Shown here: one piece after another, positions 14,634-26,220 of the stretch | Numbering within the stretch: position 1 is the first letter of the stretch | How the letters are laid out: each line of letters starts with the position of its first letter | Assembly (NCBI RefSeq): GCF_009914755.1 | Contig: NC_060932.1 | Length of the DNA stretch: 64,000 nt | DNA from: the human T2T-CHM13v2.0 reference genome, Homo sapiens | Reading direction: 5' to 3' (one strand) | Notes under the pieces: model-generated | The model's database searches: none | Told to the model about the DNA's origin: nothing | The model's input: only the letters and a program-made list of their open reading frames with translations | Position numbers and translations under genes: made by a program

Positions 14634-15024
14634 TGTTTTAGTCCATTCAGGCTGCTATAACAAAATACCATAAACTAAGTGGCTTATAAACAGCAGAAGT
14701 TTATTTCTCACAGTTCTAGTGGCTGGGAATCCCAAGATCAAGATGCCAGCAGATTCAATGTCTTGTGTAGGGCCTCCTTCTCTTAGACAGCCACCTTCTC
14801 ACTGTAACCTTACATAGTGGAAAGAGCAAGGGATCTGCTGGATCTGCCTCTATATCAAGGGATCTGCCTTTACAAAGGCACTAATCCTATTTGTGTGGGT
14901 TCCACCCTCATGATTTAATCATCTTCCAGAAGGCCCCATTTCCAAATACCATCACCTTGGGGATTAGAATTTCAATTTTTATGAATTGGGGAAGGTGTTG
15001 GACACAAGCTCTCAGATCATAGCA
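14634..15024 (-). mobile_element. MLT1A/MST-like solo LTR
   Basis: TGTTTTAGTCCATTCAGGCTGCTATAACAAAATACC...CAGATCATAGCA. Confidence 0.82.
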
Positions 15025-16303
15025 GTGGGTAAAGCTAAGAGATGTTAAGGTCTGGTGGTTTCCCACACTTCAGTGGGACTCAACTGTCATGTAGCTGGTC
15101 TTGTGCTTTTTAAATTTAGACTGATCTCTAGGAAACCAAGCTATGCTATAAGAAACTCCAAACAGACTGGCTTATGATGTTGTATTTAATTCCCAGGCCA
15201 CTTTCTAATAGTAGTATGTTGGAGAATGCTACTAGAAATCATAAAGTTGTTTGACACTATGAAAAAATAAAAAGACTGATTCTTTCTAGAGGGATTATTT
15301 ACCTAGGCTACAGTAAAGCCAAAAAAAAATGTCCAGTTCTACTATGGAATGTACACGTTCAGCATCTATTTTTCTTATATAATTATGCCAACCAGTTAGT
15401 CCACTTAATGCTCAAGTAGAACTGGCTAACCAACACTGACAAGTTGCTTACTAATCAGCTGCACTTTCCAATATTCCTTATCAAATACCAAAGCCTTCTA
15501 CCTTTATTTTACCCCATGTTATTATTTCCAGAATTATAGTTTACCTTTAGATACATTTCTCATTAGCTTCTTATGAGATTTTTTCAGGAGGAATGATTCC
15601 AATGATCAAAAAACAACAGGCCCACTGCTCAGAAGATCTCTGAAAATGGTGAATTCTACTTTCTGTGGTGAGATAGACACATTTGAAGCTTATCTGTAAA
15701 TTTGTGGGTATAAGATGAGGGTCAGGGCTGGAAGTGCATCTTTATACCTTCAGCTTCATTCCTTTACTGCCTTCTTACTTAACATAGCATGGTGTACGGA
15801 GGGCTCTGCTCCTGCATGTACCCTACGACCTTTGCTAGGATTTCGTCTGCATGAGAAGGATGGGAAACAAGGAAGTGGCTTCTTCAAATACAAAAAGAGG
15901 ATTGCACCTCAGAGTTGGCAAGGAAACAGCAAAAGAAACTAAATAGGAATGAACACCTGGAGGAGATGTTGGAATTCCATTTTCAGTTCAGGTCTGTGAT
16001 TATTGCAGACTTTTGTCACTCTGTAATAAATCACAGAGCTGTATTTTAGTGTAAAAAAATAATTTGTATGTAGATGAAAGCAATGTATTTGAAAAGGAAA
16101 ACACACACAAAAAAAAGTTAACGCTAACACTTACTGAGTGCTTACTATTTGCCAGGACTTCAAAAGTGGTTTCTTTGTATTAACTCATTGAATCCTCACG
16201 ATTCTATAAGACTTCTGCTACAATTATTTCCATTTTAACAGATGGGGAAATTGAATCCAGAAATGTGACAAGCCAGAAATGTGACAAAAAGTAACACAAC
16301 TAG

Positions 16304-16649
16304 TGCTATGGTTTGATTGCTGTGTCCTCTCAAAATTCGTATGTTGAAACTTAATCACCAATGTGATGGTATTAGAAAGCGAGGCCTCTGGGAGAGCTCC
16401 AACCTCATGAATGGGATTAGTGCCCTTATAAAAGAGCCCCCAGAGTGCTGTCTTGCATCTTCCACCACAAAAGAACACACCTAAAAGGAGCCATCTATAA
16501 GCCAGAAAGTGGGCCTTTATGGGACACCAAATCTGCTGGTGACTTAATCTTGGACTTCTCAGTCTCCAGAACTGTATGCAATAAATTTCTGTTGTTTATA
16601 AGCTACAGTGTATGGTTCATTGCCATAGCAGCCCAAAAGAGCTAATGCA
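16304..16649 (+). mobile_element. MLT1A-like solo LTR inserted in an antisense MIR (~16130-16710)
   Basis: TGCTATGGTTTG...CAAAATTCGTATGTTGAAAC...GCTAATGCA, with MIR-like sequence on both flanks. Confidence 0.8.
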
Positions 16650-16772
16650 GCTAATAAGTGGGAGAGCCAGGATTCATCAGAGTTTGGCTGAGACTATAAA
16701 CTGTATTAATCTAACACATGCATAGCTAAACCCCCTCACCTCCAGAAATATTTAGAGCTGCCATTGTTACTC

Positions 16773-16835
16773 TTTTTTTTTTTTTTTTTTTTTTGAGACG
16801 GAGTCTGGCTCTGTCGCCCAGGCTGGAGGGCAGTG
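16773..16835 (-). mobile_element. Alu 3' stub (41 bp plus T22 tail), no TSD
   Basis: T22-GAGACGGAGTCTGGCTCTGTCGCCCAGGCTGGAGGGCAGTG, then an abrupt switch to unrelated sequence. Confidence 0.9.
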
Positions 16836-17013
16836 AAGATGATGAAAGAAAAAACAAATCATATTCCACCTAAACCTAAGGCAGTAGTTAATTTACATAT
16901 ACTTGAATAATGTATGCAGGCCTGTCCCCTTTCTGCCCCATTATTTACCTAATTAACTATAAACTTCTCAATCTAGAGTTCAGGTCCCTGCATGACTATG
17001 TCTCCAACCTGCC

Positions 17014-17500
17014 TGTATTAACCCTGTCTTTTATTTTCTGTACTCTGATGCTTTTAAAATCTGAGATCTTGCTGACTCTGGAGAAACTGCGCCTCTCATG
17101 GTTAGCCAATTCCTAGAGACAGAAAACTACTTAACCAAGACAGGGCTTTGTAATGGCAAACCAACCTATCCAAACCCTGAACCACTTCATTATTGGGCTG
17201 TCACTATCTGGGCCACTATCCACCTGCCCTCATCACTCAAGGGCCAGGTACCAGAAAATTAGGAAAAGTCTCTATGTCTCAAAGCCCACTGGAATTATTC
17301 AAACCAGCCAATCTTAGCTTGCTTTTCCTGCCTCGCCCATGCCTTTCCACAGGAACTACAATAAAATCTCTCACCCACACTTCTCTTCTTTCCTCTGCCC
17401 CCTGACTGACACAGGAGTTTCCTTGTGTGATACCCTCTGCAGGATGTGTCATGCCTCAAGGGCTAAGTCAGGTGGGTGCCCTTCCTGGACTTAGCTTTTC
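17014..17500 (+). mobile_element. ERVL LTR (MER54/MER74-like)
   Basis: TGTATTAACC...TAGCCAATTCCTAGAGA...ATTATTCAAACCAGCCAATC...ACAATAAA. Confidence 0.65.
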
Positions 17501-17505
17501 CCCTT

Positions 17506-17871
17506 TGCTATAAACTAAACATATATGTCCCCTAAAAGTTCATATGTTGAAATCCTGGCTTCCAATGTAATAGTATTTGGAGGTAGTACCTCCAAGAGAT
17601 GATCAAGTCATAAGGTGGAGACCTCATGAATGGGATTAGTGTCTGCATAAAAGAGGCTTGAGAGATCTCTTTTGCCCCTTCTACTATATGAAGACACAGG
17701 GAGAAGATGGTCATCTATGAACCAGGAAGCAGGCTGGCACCAGAACCAAATCAGCTGGCACTTGGACCTTGGACTTTCCAGCCTCCAGAACTGTCAGAAA
17801 TGAATTTCTGTTGTTTGTAAGCTATCCAGGCTATGATGTTTTTGTAATAGCAACCCAAACATACTAAGGCA
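17506..17871 (+). mobile_element. MLT1A-like solo LTR
   Basis: TGCTATAAACTAAAC...CATATGTTGAAATCC...CTAAGGCA. Confidence 0.8.
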
Positions 17872-18552
17872 CTTTCATTTAGAAAAATATCATTCCTGGC
17901 TTCCATCATCTGTGTCTTTGTTGATGCTATTCTCCTGTGTTCTTCTTCCCCAACCACAACCCCATCACCTTTTCCTATGTGTGTACTCATCCTGATGTTT
18001 TAAATCAGACTTTAGGAAACTAGAAATTAATAAGATCCTTCCTCCTTTGAATATGCAAAATAAGATTTTATGGCATTTCTTATACTCTGCCTTATAATAT
18101 ATAATATCTTCCTACTATTGAGAGGGAAGGGATTACATTTTATTTATTTTGTAATCTACTGAAGTCCTTAGCAAAATTTAATCATTCATTAATTTATTTA
18201 TTCATCAAGTAATATTTTTTGATCACCTACTAAATGTCAGACACTACAAGGAATGAATAAATAAGACAATATTCCTGAAGAATTTCAGAGAAACCAGATG
18301 AATAGAGTTCTGAAAGATGAACAGGATGTGTCCAAAATAAAAAGTGAGATGTAGATTATGAGGTTGGGCAGTGTAAACGCAAGAAAAAAATATACTAAAG
18401 CCTGATAGCTCATGAGGGTGTTTGGGGACTTCCGTCAGTCTGGTATGCTGGGATCAGTGGTTCATAGTCAGGAATGCTCATTAAAATCATTCACAAAATT
18501 TTTTCAAAATATACATGTCCAGCCCCAGCACCAAGTATATTTTAAATTTCTA

Positions 18553-21500
18553 CAAAGATGAGAAAGAATCAATGCAAAACACTGAAAACTCAAACAGCCA
18601 GAGTGCCCCTTTTCCTCCAAATGACCACAACACCTCTTCACCAAAAGCTTAGAACTGGGCTGAGGCTGAGATGGCTGAAATGACAGAAGTAGGTTTCAGA
18701 ATGTGGGTAACAACAAATTTTGCCAAAGAAGCATGTTGTAACCCAATGAAAAGAAGCTAAGAATCATGATCAAATAACTCAGGAGCTGACAGACAAAATA
18801 ACCAACTTAGAGAGGAACATAATTGACCTGTTAGAGCTAAAAAACCACCCTACAAGAACTTCACAATGCAATCACAAGTATTAATAGGAGAATAGACCAA
18901 GCAGAGAAAAGAATCTCAGAGCTTGAAGACTCTTTCCAAAATAAGAGAGACAGTCAAAAATAGAGAAACAAGAATTCAAAGGAATGAATAAAACCTCTGA
19001 GAAATATGAGACTATGTAAACAGACCAACTCTATGACTTATTGAGATATCTGAAAGAGATGGAGAGAATGGAACAAAGTTGGAAAACATACTTCAGGATA
19101 TCATCCAGGAGAACTCCCCCAATCTAGCAAGAACTGCCAATCTTCAAATTCAGGAAATCCAGAGAACTTAAGTAAGATACTCCATGAAAAGATCATCCCC
19201 AAGACACATAATTTTCAGATTCTCCAAGTTTGAAATAAAAGAAAAAATATTAAGGGCAGCCATAGAGAAAGGCCAGGTCACCTACACAGGGAAGCCCATC
19301 AGACTAACAGCAGACCTCTCAGTAGAAAGCCTACAAGCTAGAAGAGAGTGGGGGCCAATATTCAACATTCTTAAAGAAAAAATTTCCAACCTAGAATTTC
19401 ATATCTGGCCAAACTAAGCTTCATAAGCGAAGAAGAAATAAGATCCTTTTCAGACAAGCAAGTTCTGAGGTTAAATTCATTACCACCAGGCCTGCCTTGC
19501 AATAGCTCCTGAAGGAAGCACTAAATATGGAAAGGAAAAACTATAACCATCCACTACAAAAACACACTGAAATACACAGACCAGTAGCACTATGAAGCGA
19601 CCACATAAACAAGTCTGCAAAATAACCAGCTAGCATCATGATGACAGGATCAAATTCACACATAACAACACTAACCTTAAATGTAAATGGGCTAAGTGCC
19701 CCAATTAAAAGACAGAGTGACAAGCTGGATAAAGAGACAAGACCCATCAGTATGCTGTCTTCAAGAGCCCCATCTCATGTCCAAAGACACACATAGGCTC
19801 AAAATAAAGGGATGGAAGAAAATTTACCAAACAAATGGAAAACAGAAAAAAAAGCAGGGGTTGCAATCCTAGTTTCTGACAAAACAGACTTTAAACCAAG
19901 AAGAATCAAAAATGACAAAGGAGGGCATTACATAATGGTAAAGCATTCCATTCCACAAGAAGAGCTAACTGTCCTAAAAATATATGCTCCCAATACAGGA
20001 GCACCCAGATTCATAAAGCAAGTTATTAGAGACTTCAAAGAGATTTATAATCCCACCCAATAATAGTGGAAGACTTTAACACCCCACTGACAATATTAGA
20101 CATAACATCAAGACAGAAAATCAACAAATATTTCAGGACTTGAACTCAAGTCTGGATCAAGTGGACCTGATAGATATACACAGAATTCTCTATGCAAAAA
20201 TGACAGAATAGACTTTCTTCTTATTGCCACATGGCACTTACTCTAAAATTGATCACCTAATGGGAAGTAAAACACTCCTCAGCAAATGCAAAAGAACTGA
20301 CATCATAACAAAGAGTCTCTCATACCACAGTGCAATCAAAGTAGAACTAAAGATGAAGAAACTCACTCAAAACCACACAACTACATGGAAACTGAACAAT
20401 CTGCTCCTGAGTAACTCTTGGGTACATAATGACATTAAGGCAGGAATCAAGAAGTTTTTTGAAACTAATGAGAACAAAGAGACAATGTACTAGAATCTCT
20501 GGGACTCAGCTAAAGCAGAGTTAAGAGGGTAATTTATAGCAGTAAATGCCCACATCAAAAAGTTTGAAAGATCTCAAGTTAACAATGTAACATCACAACT
20601 AAAATAACTAGAGAACCAAGAGCAAATAAACCCTGAAGCCAGCAGAAGACAAGAAATAACCAAGATCAGAGCTGAACTGAAGGAGATAAAACACAAAAAA
20701 CCCTTCAAAAACAATCAACGAATCCTGTAACTGTTTTTTTAATAATAAAATAGATAGACTGCTAGCTAGATTAATAAAGAAGGAAAGAGAAAAAATTTCA
20801 AATAAACACAATCAGAAATGATAAGGGCGATATCACTGCTGACCTCACAGAAATACAAAAACCATCAGAGAATACTATAAACACCTCATTACACACAAAC
20901 TACAAAATCTAGAAGAAATGAATAAATTCCTGGACAAATATACCCTCCCAAGATTGAACCTGGAAGAAATTGAATCCCTGAGTAGACCAGTAATGAGTTC
21001 TGAAATTGAGGCAGTAATAAATAGCCTACCAACAACAACAACAAAAAAGCCCAGGACCAGATGGATTCACAGCTGAACTCTACCAGAGGTAGAAATAAGA
21101 GCTGGTACCATTTCTACTGAAACTATTCTAAAAATTTAAAAAGAAGGGACTCCTCACTAACTCATTCTATGAGGCCAGCATCATCCTGATACCAAAACCT
21201 GGCAAAGATATTATACAACAAAAACAGAAAACTTCAGGCCAATAACTTAAATGAACGTCAGTGCAAAAATCCTCAACAAAATACTGGCAAATTTAAGCTA
21301 GAAGCACATCAAAAAGCCTATCCACCACAATCAAGCAGGCTTCATCCCCGGCATGCAAGGTTGGTTTGGCATATGCAAATCAATGTGATTCATCACATAA
21401 ACAGATCTAATGACAAAAACCACATGATTATCTCAATAGATGTAGAAAAGACCTTCGATAAAATTCAACATCCCTTCATGTTAAAAACTCTTAATAAGCT

Positions 21501-23690
21501 AGGTATTGAAGGAACATACCTCAAAATAATAAGAGCCATATATGACAAACCCCCAACCAATATACTCAATGGGCAAAAGCTGGAAGCATTCCCCTTGAAA
21601 ACTGGTGCAAGACAAGTTTGCCTTTTCTAACCACTCCTGTTGAACATAATGTTGCAAATTCTGGCTGAGGCAATCAGGCAAGAGAAAGAAATCAAGGGCA
21701 TCCAAACAGGAAGAGTGGAAGTCAAACTCTCTTTGTTTGCAGATGACATGATCCTATATCTAGAAAGCCCCATTGTCTCATCCCAAAAGCTTCTTAAGCT
21801 GATAAGCAACTTTGGAAAAGTCTCAAGATACAAAATCAATGTGCAAAAATTGCTAGCATTCCTATACATCAACAACAGGCAAGCAGAGAGCCAAATCATG
21901 AATTAACTCCCGCTCACAATTGCCACAAAAAGAATAAAATGCCTAGGAATACGTCTAAGAAGGGAAGTAAAGGACCTCTTCAAAGAGAACTATAAACCAC
22001 TTCTCAAAGAAATTAGAGATGACATGAACAAATGGAGAAACATTTCATGCTCATGAATAGGAAGAATCAATGTGGTAAAAATGGCCATACTACCCAAAGC
22101 TATTTATAGATTCATTGCTATTCCCATTGATACTATTCTCAGAATTAGAAGAAACTATTTTAAAATTCATATGGAACCAAAAATCCTGAATAGCCAAGAC
22201 TATCCTAAGCAAAAAGAACAAAGCTAGAGGCATCATGCTACCTGACTTCAAACTATACTACAAGTCTAAAGTAACCAAAACAGGATGGTACTGATACAAG
22301 AACAAACATATAGGCCAGTGGAACAGAATAGAGAACACAGAAATAAGATCACACACTTACAAACACCTGATTTTCAACAAACCTGACAAAAACAAACAAT
22401 AGAGAAAGGATTCCCTATTTAATAAATGGTGCTGGGAGAACTGGCTAGACCCATGCAGAAAATTGAAACTGGACCCCTTCCTTATACCATATACAAAAAT
22501 CAATTTGAGATGGATTAAACACTCAAATGTAAAACCCAAAATTATAACAACCCTAGAAGAAAACTAGGCAATACCATTCAGGACATAGGCATGGCAAAAG
22601 TTTCATGATGAAATCATCAAAAGCAATTGCAACAAAAGCAAAAATTGACAAATGGAATCTAATTAAACTAAAGAGCTTCTGCACAGCAAAAGAAATTATC
22701 ATCAGAGTGGACAGACAACCTACAGAATGGGAGAAAATTTTTGCAATCTATCCATCTGACAAAGGTCTAATATCCAGAGTCTACAAGGAACTTAAGCAAA
22801 TTTACAAGAAGAAAAAAAACACTATTACAAAGTGGGCAAAGAACATGAGCAGACACTCCTCAAAAGAACACATGCATGCAGGCAGCAAACATATTCTAAA
22901 AAGCTCAACATCACTAATTATTAGAGAAATGCAAATCAAAACCACAATGATATACCACCTCACACTAATCATAATGGCTATTATTAAGAAGTCAAAAAAC
23001 AACACATGCTGGTGAGGTTGTGGAGAAAAAGGAATTCTTTTACACTGTTAGTGGGAGCATAAAGTAGTTCAACAGTTGTGGAAGACAGTGTAACAATTCC
23101 TCAAAGACCTAGAGGCAGAAATACCATTTGACCTAGCAATCCCATTACTGGGTATATACCCCCCAAAATATAAATCATTATATTATAAAGATATATGCAT
23201 GTGTATGTTCATTGCAGCACTATTCACAATAGCAAAGACATAGAATCAACCTAAATGCCCATCAATGATAGACTAGATAAAGAAAATATTGTACATATAC
23301 ACCATGGAATACTATGCAGCCATAAAAAGGAACAAGATCATATCCTTTGCAGGGACATGGATGGAGCTGGAAGCCATTCTCCTCAGCAAACCAGCACAGG
23401 AACAGAAAACCAAATACCTCATGTTCCCGCTTATAAGTGGTAGCTGAATGATGAAAACACATGGACATATGGAGAGGGGAGCGACACCCACCTGGATCTG
23501 TCAGAGGGTAGGGGGAGGAGAAAGAGCATCAGGAAGAATAGCTAATGTGTGCTGGGCTTAATACCTAAGTGATGGGATGATCTGTGCGGCTAAGCAACAT
23601 GGCGCACATTTATGTATGTAACAAACTTGCACATCCTGCACATATACCCCTGAACTTAAAATTTTAAAAAAGAATTATTAGAAAAAAAAA
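18553..23690 (+). mobile_element. ~5.1 kb older primate L1 (roughly L1PA10-13), 5'-truncated near the ORF1 start; both ORFs disrupted
   Basis: ORF1 fragments (SSPRHIIFRFSK...GKPIRLTADLS) and ORF2 fragments ([27 protein letters not shown]). 3' UTR AGCATCAGGAAGAATAGCTAATG and A-tail. Many frameshifts. Confidence 0.93.
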
Positions 23691-24060
23691 GAATTAGCTC
23701 CCAGGTGATTGTCCCCTTTTATGTCTCCATGGCCATTGATTCTTGTCATTTATTTATTCATTCAAGAAATATAATTTGAGTAGCTACTATTTGTATGACC
23801 CAGTGCTGGTTGTTGGTGAAACAGGATTGAATAAAACAAATAAAATTTCTTCTTTCAATCATTCCATAATTCCCTGGGGCTACAGCCACTTTGGTATTGT
23901 ATAGATACGTTCCTACCATTCCACATGCATAGCTGATATGTTTCAGGCTGCCACATCCCATAGTTGTCATTGGGCCTCCAAGTCACATTCTTCTGTGTAG
24001 GTCACTGTCACCAGTGACTCTACTACTGTCATACTACTGTCACACTGTCAGTAATATGTC

Positions 24061-24310
24061 AAACTGGACCCCTTCCTTACACCGTATACAAAAATCAACA
24101 ATATATGTATTAAAGACTTAAATGTAAAACCCAAAACTATAAAAATCCCAGAAAAAAATCTAGGCAATACCATTCAGGACATAGGCATGGGCAAAAATTT
24201 CATGACAAAGACTCCAAAAGCAGTTGCGAAAAAAGCAAAAATTGACAAATGGGACCTAATTAAACTAAAGAGCTCTGCTCAGGTCAACCTCAACTCAAAA
24301 TGGATAAAGA
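24061..24310 (+). mobile_element. Isolated internal L1 ORF2 fragment, without 3' UTR or TSD
   Basis: AAACTGGACCCCTTCCTTACACC...AAACTAAAGAGCTCTGCTCAG (24061-24282), followed by a short out-of-order L1 piece TCAACTCAAAATGGATAAAGA. Confidence 0.85.
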
Positions 24311-25539
24311 AACTCTCCTTTTTCTCTGTTGTTAAGCTCTTTAAAAAAAAAAAAAAAAAAAAGCCCCATCGCAAGGCTACTTAGAACTTCAGCTGGTAGG
24401 GTTCTTTTAACTTTTTAAAGTAGATTTCCTTCCTCCAGAACATAGCGTTATCATTATTGTGGCAAGAAAATGTGCAGTTCAGGTAATAGCCAGAACACTG
24501 TCTCTGAAACAATCACTGACCCTGTGGCTGATCTAGTTATTCATGCCAACTTTTTTTCCTCCAGGTTGAATTTTCTCCCAGGCCCCAAATATCCATTTTC
24601 TTTCCCCTGGAGAGAATCTCAGGGTACTTTGGTTAATGGAAATAGATGGCGTCAGAGAGATGAGGAGAGGCCATTCAATCTTCATTGAGTTTGGCTGGGA
24701 CACCAGGTGACTTACACTGGACTCAGAAATTCAGACCCTATCCCATCAAGAATGAGCAACCACAGTCAGAGAGAGCTCTTTCAGAGGAATTTGCAAGCAT
24801 TCATGTTTCACCATTTAGCAATATAAGTAAACTGTCTTCTGGGAAATGTTGACACTAAATATACTGTGATATAAAAACATTGGTTAAGAGTCTCAAATTG
24901 CTAATGCTATTTTTCCTTCCCAGGAGAAATTTTAAAATCAGTAATTTTGATGATAGTTAGCGACTTCAGCCTTATCAAGGGGAATTTGTCCACAGAACTC
25001 CCAGGTTTAAGTTTCAGAAGCAATCATAACTGTTGATTCCCCTCTAGTAAATGCTAAACTATAGTAGAGTCCCACGTCTTACTTGGGTCAATAGGTGTTT
25101 ATGCAGGATTTGCCCTAGAAACAGATTAAATTCAAGAATCTGGTAAAGGTGACTATTGAAAGGAAATCCTTGAAACAATTATTGTTAAGCAACAGGTTTA
25201 AGAGGCAAGTTTTAGGTTTAAACAACGGTTGAACAATGGAAGATTAAAATGATGAAGTCTTTTGAATATTGTGATATTATTTTTCCTCAATTCTCCCAAG
25301 TTTCTTATTACATGCTTTTGGATGGGCTTTTGCTTTTAACCGAGTATGTCAATACTAAAGCACCAATACGGCAGTTCCTTCCAAATGTGACCATACAGTC
25401 TTCTGTTTTTAAAATGCACATATTCTTCATGTATAATTGATATTCACACCATATTATCTACTCATGTCTTGCATTTGTCTTTTTAATATTCTAGAGTCTA
25501 TATACCTTCTTATGTACTTTTACAATCAAGACCCCTCAG

Positions 25540-26220
25540 AAAGTGAAGTTTTTCTTTTTTTTTTTAGTTGTGAATATATACATTTGTTTATTTTAGATAT
25601 TTCAAGGATTGAAGAAGATGTGATTTTTACATCTTCCATCTAAATTTAATATAACTTATAGGAATCTAAATGTTTTAACTACTTTAGGAATCTGTTTGAC
25701 ATTATCATCTGGAGTAAACTAAGCCTTTCTTCTCCTAAATATATACCCCCCAAAAAACCCTTGCATATGTTTAGCAAGATATATTTTTCTTTTTTATTTT
25801 ATTATTATTATACTTTAAGTTTTAGGGTACATGTGCACAATGTGCAGGTTAGTTACATATGCATACATGTGCCATGCTGGTGTGCTGCACCCATTAACTC
25901 GTCATTTAGCATTAGGTATACGTCCTAATGCTATCCTGCCCCCCTCCCCCCACCCCACAACAGTCCCCAGAGTGTGATGTTCCCCTTCCTGTGTCCATGT
26001 GTTCTCATTGTTCAATTCCTACCTATGAGTGAGAACATGTGGTGTTTGGTTTTTTCTCCTTGTGATAGTTTACTGAGAATGATTTCCAATTTCATCCATG
26101 TCCCTACAAAGGACATGAACTCATCATTTTTTATGGCTGCATAGTATTCCATGGAGTATATGTGCCACATATACTTACCTGGCAGGGGAGATACCATGAT
26201 CACAAAAGTGAAGTTTTTCT
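25540..26220 (-). mobile_element. Composite L1-mediated insertion: TSD, inverted U1 fragment, L1PA3/4-like 3' end, polyA, 3' transduction, polyA, TSD
   Basis: An identical 16-mer AAAGTGAAGTTTTTCT at 25540-25555 and 26205-26220 brackets all parts. L1 3' end ~25790-26170 (-). T11 at 25555-25565. AATAAA (-) at 25587-25592. Confidence 0.9.
26171..26204 (+). pseudogene. U1 snRNA 5' fragment (nt 1-33/34), non-functional retrocopy
   Basis: ATACTTACCTGGCAGGGGAGATACCATGATCAC matches U1 nt 1-33 as recalled. It has no U1 promoter context and no Sm site. Confidence 0.93.

Noticed and set aside
24343-24362. A20 tract as the polyA tail of the 24061 L1 fragment
   Set aside because: It is separated from the fragment by unrelated sequence, and I found no flanking TSD.
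26171-26204. Functional U1 snRNA gene
   Set aside because: Only about 33 nt of U1, directly preceded by L1 sequence, with no promoter, Sm site or 3' box.
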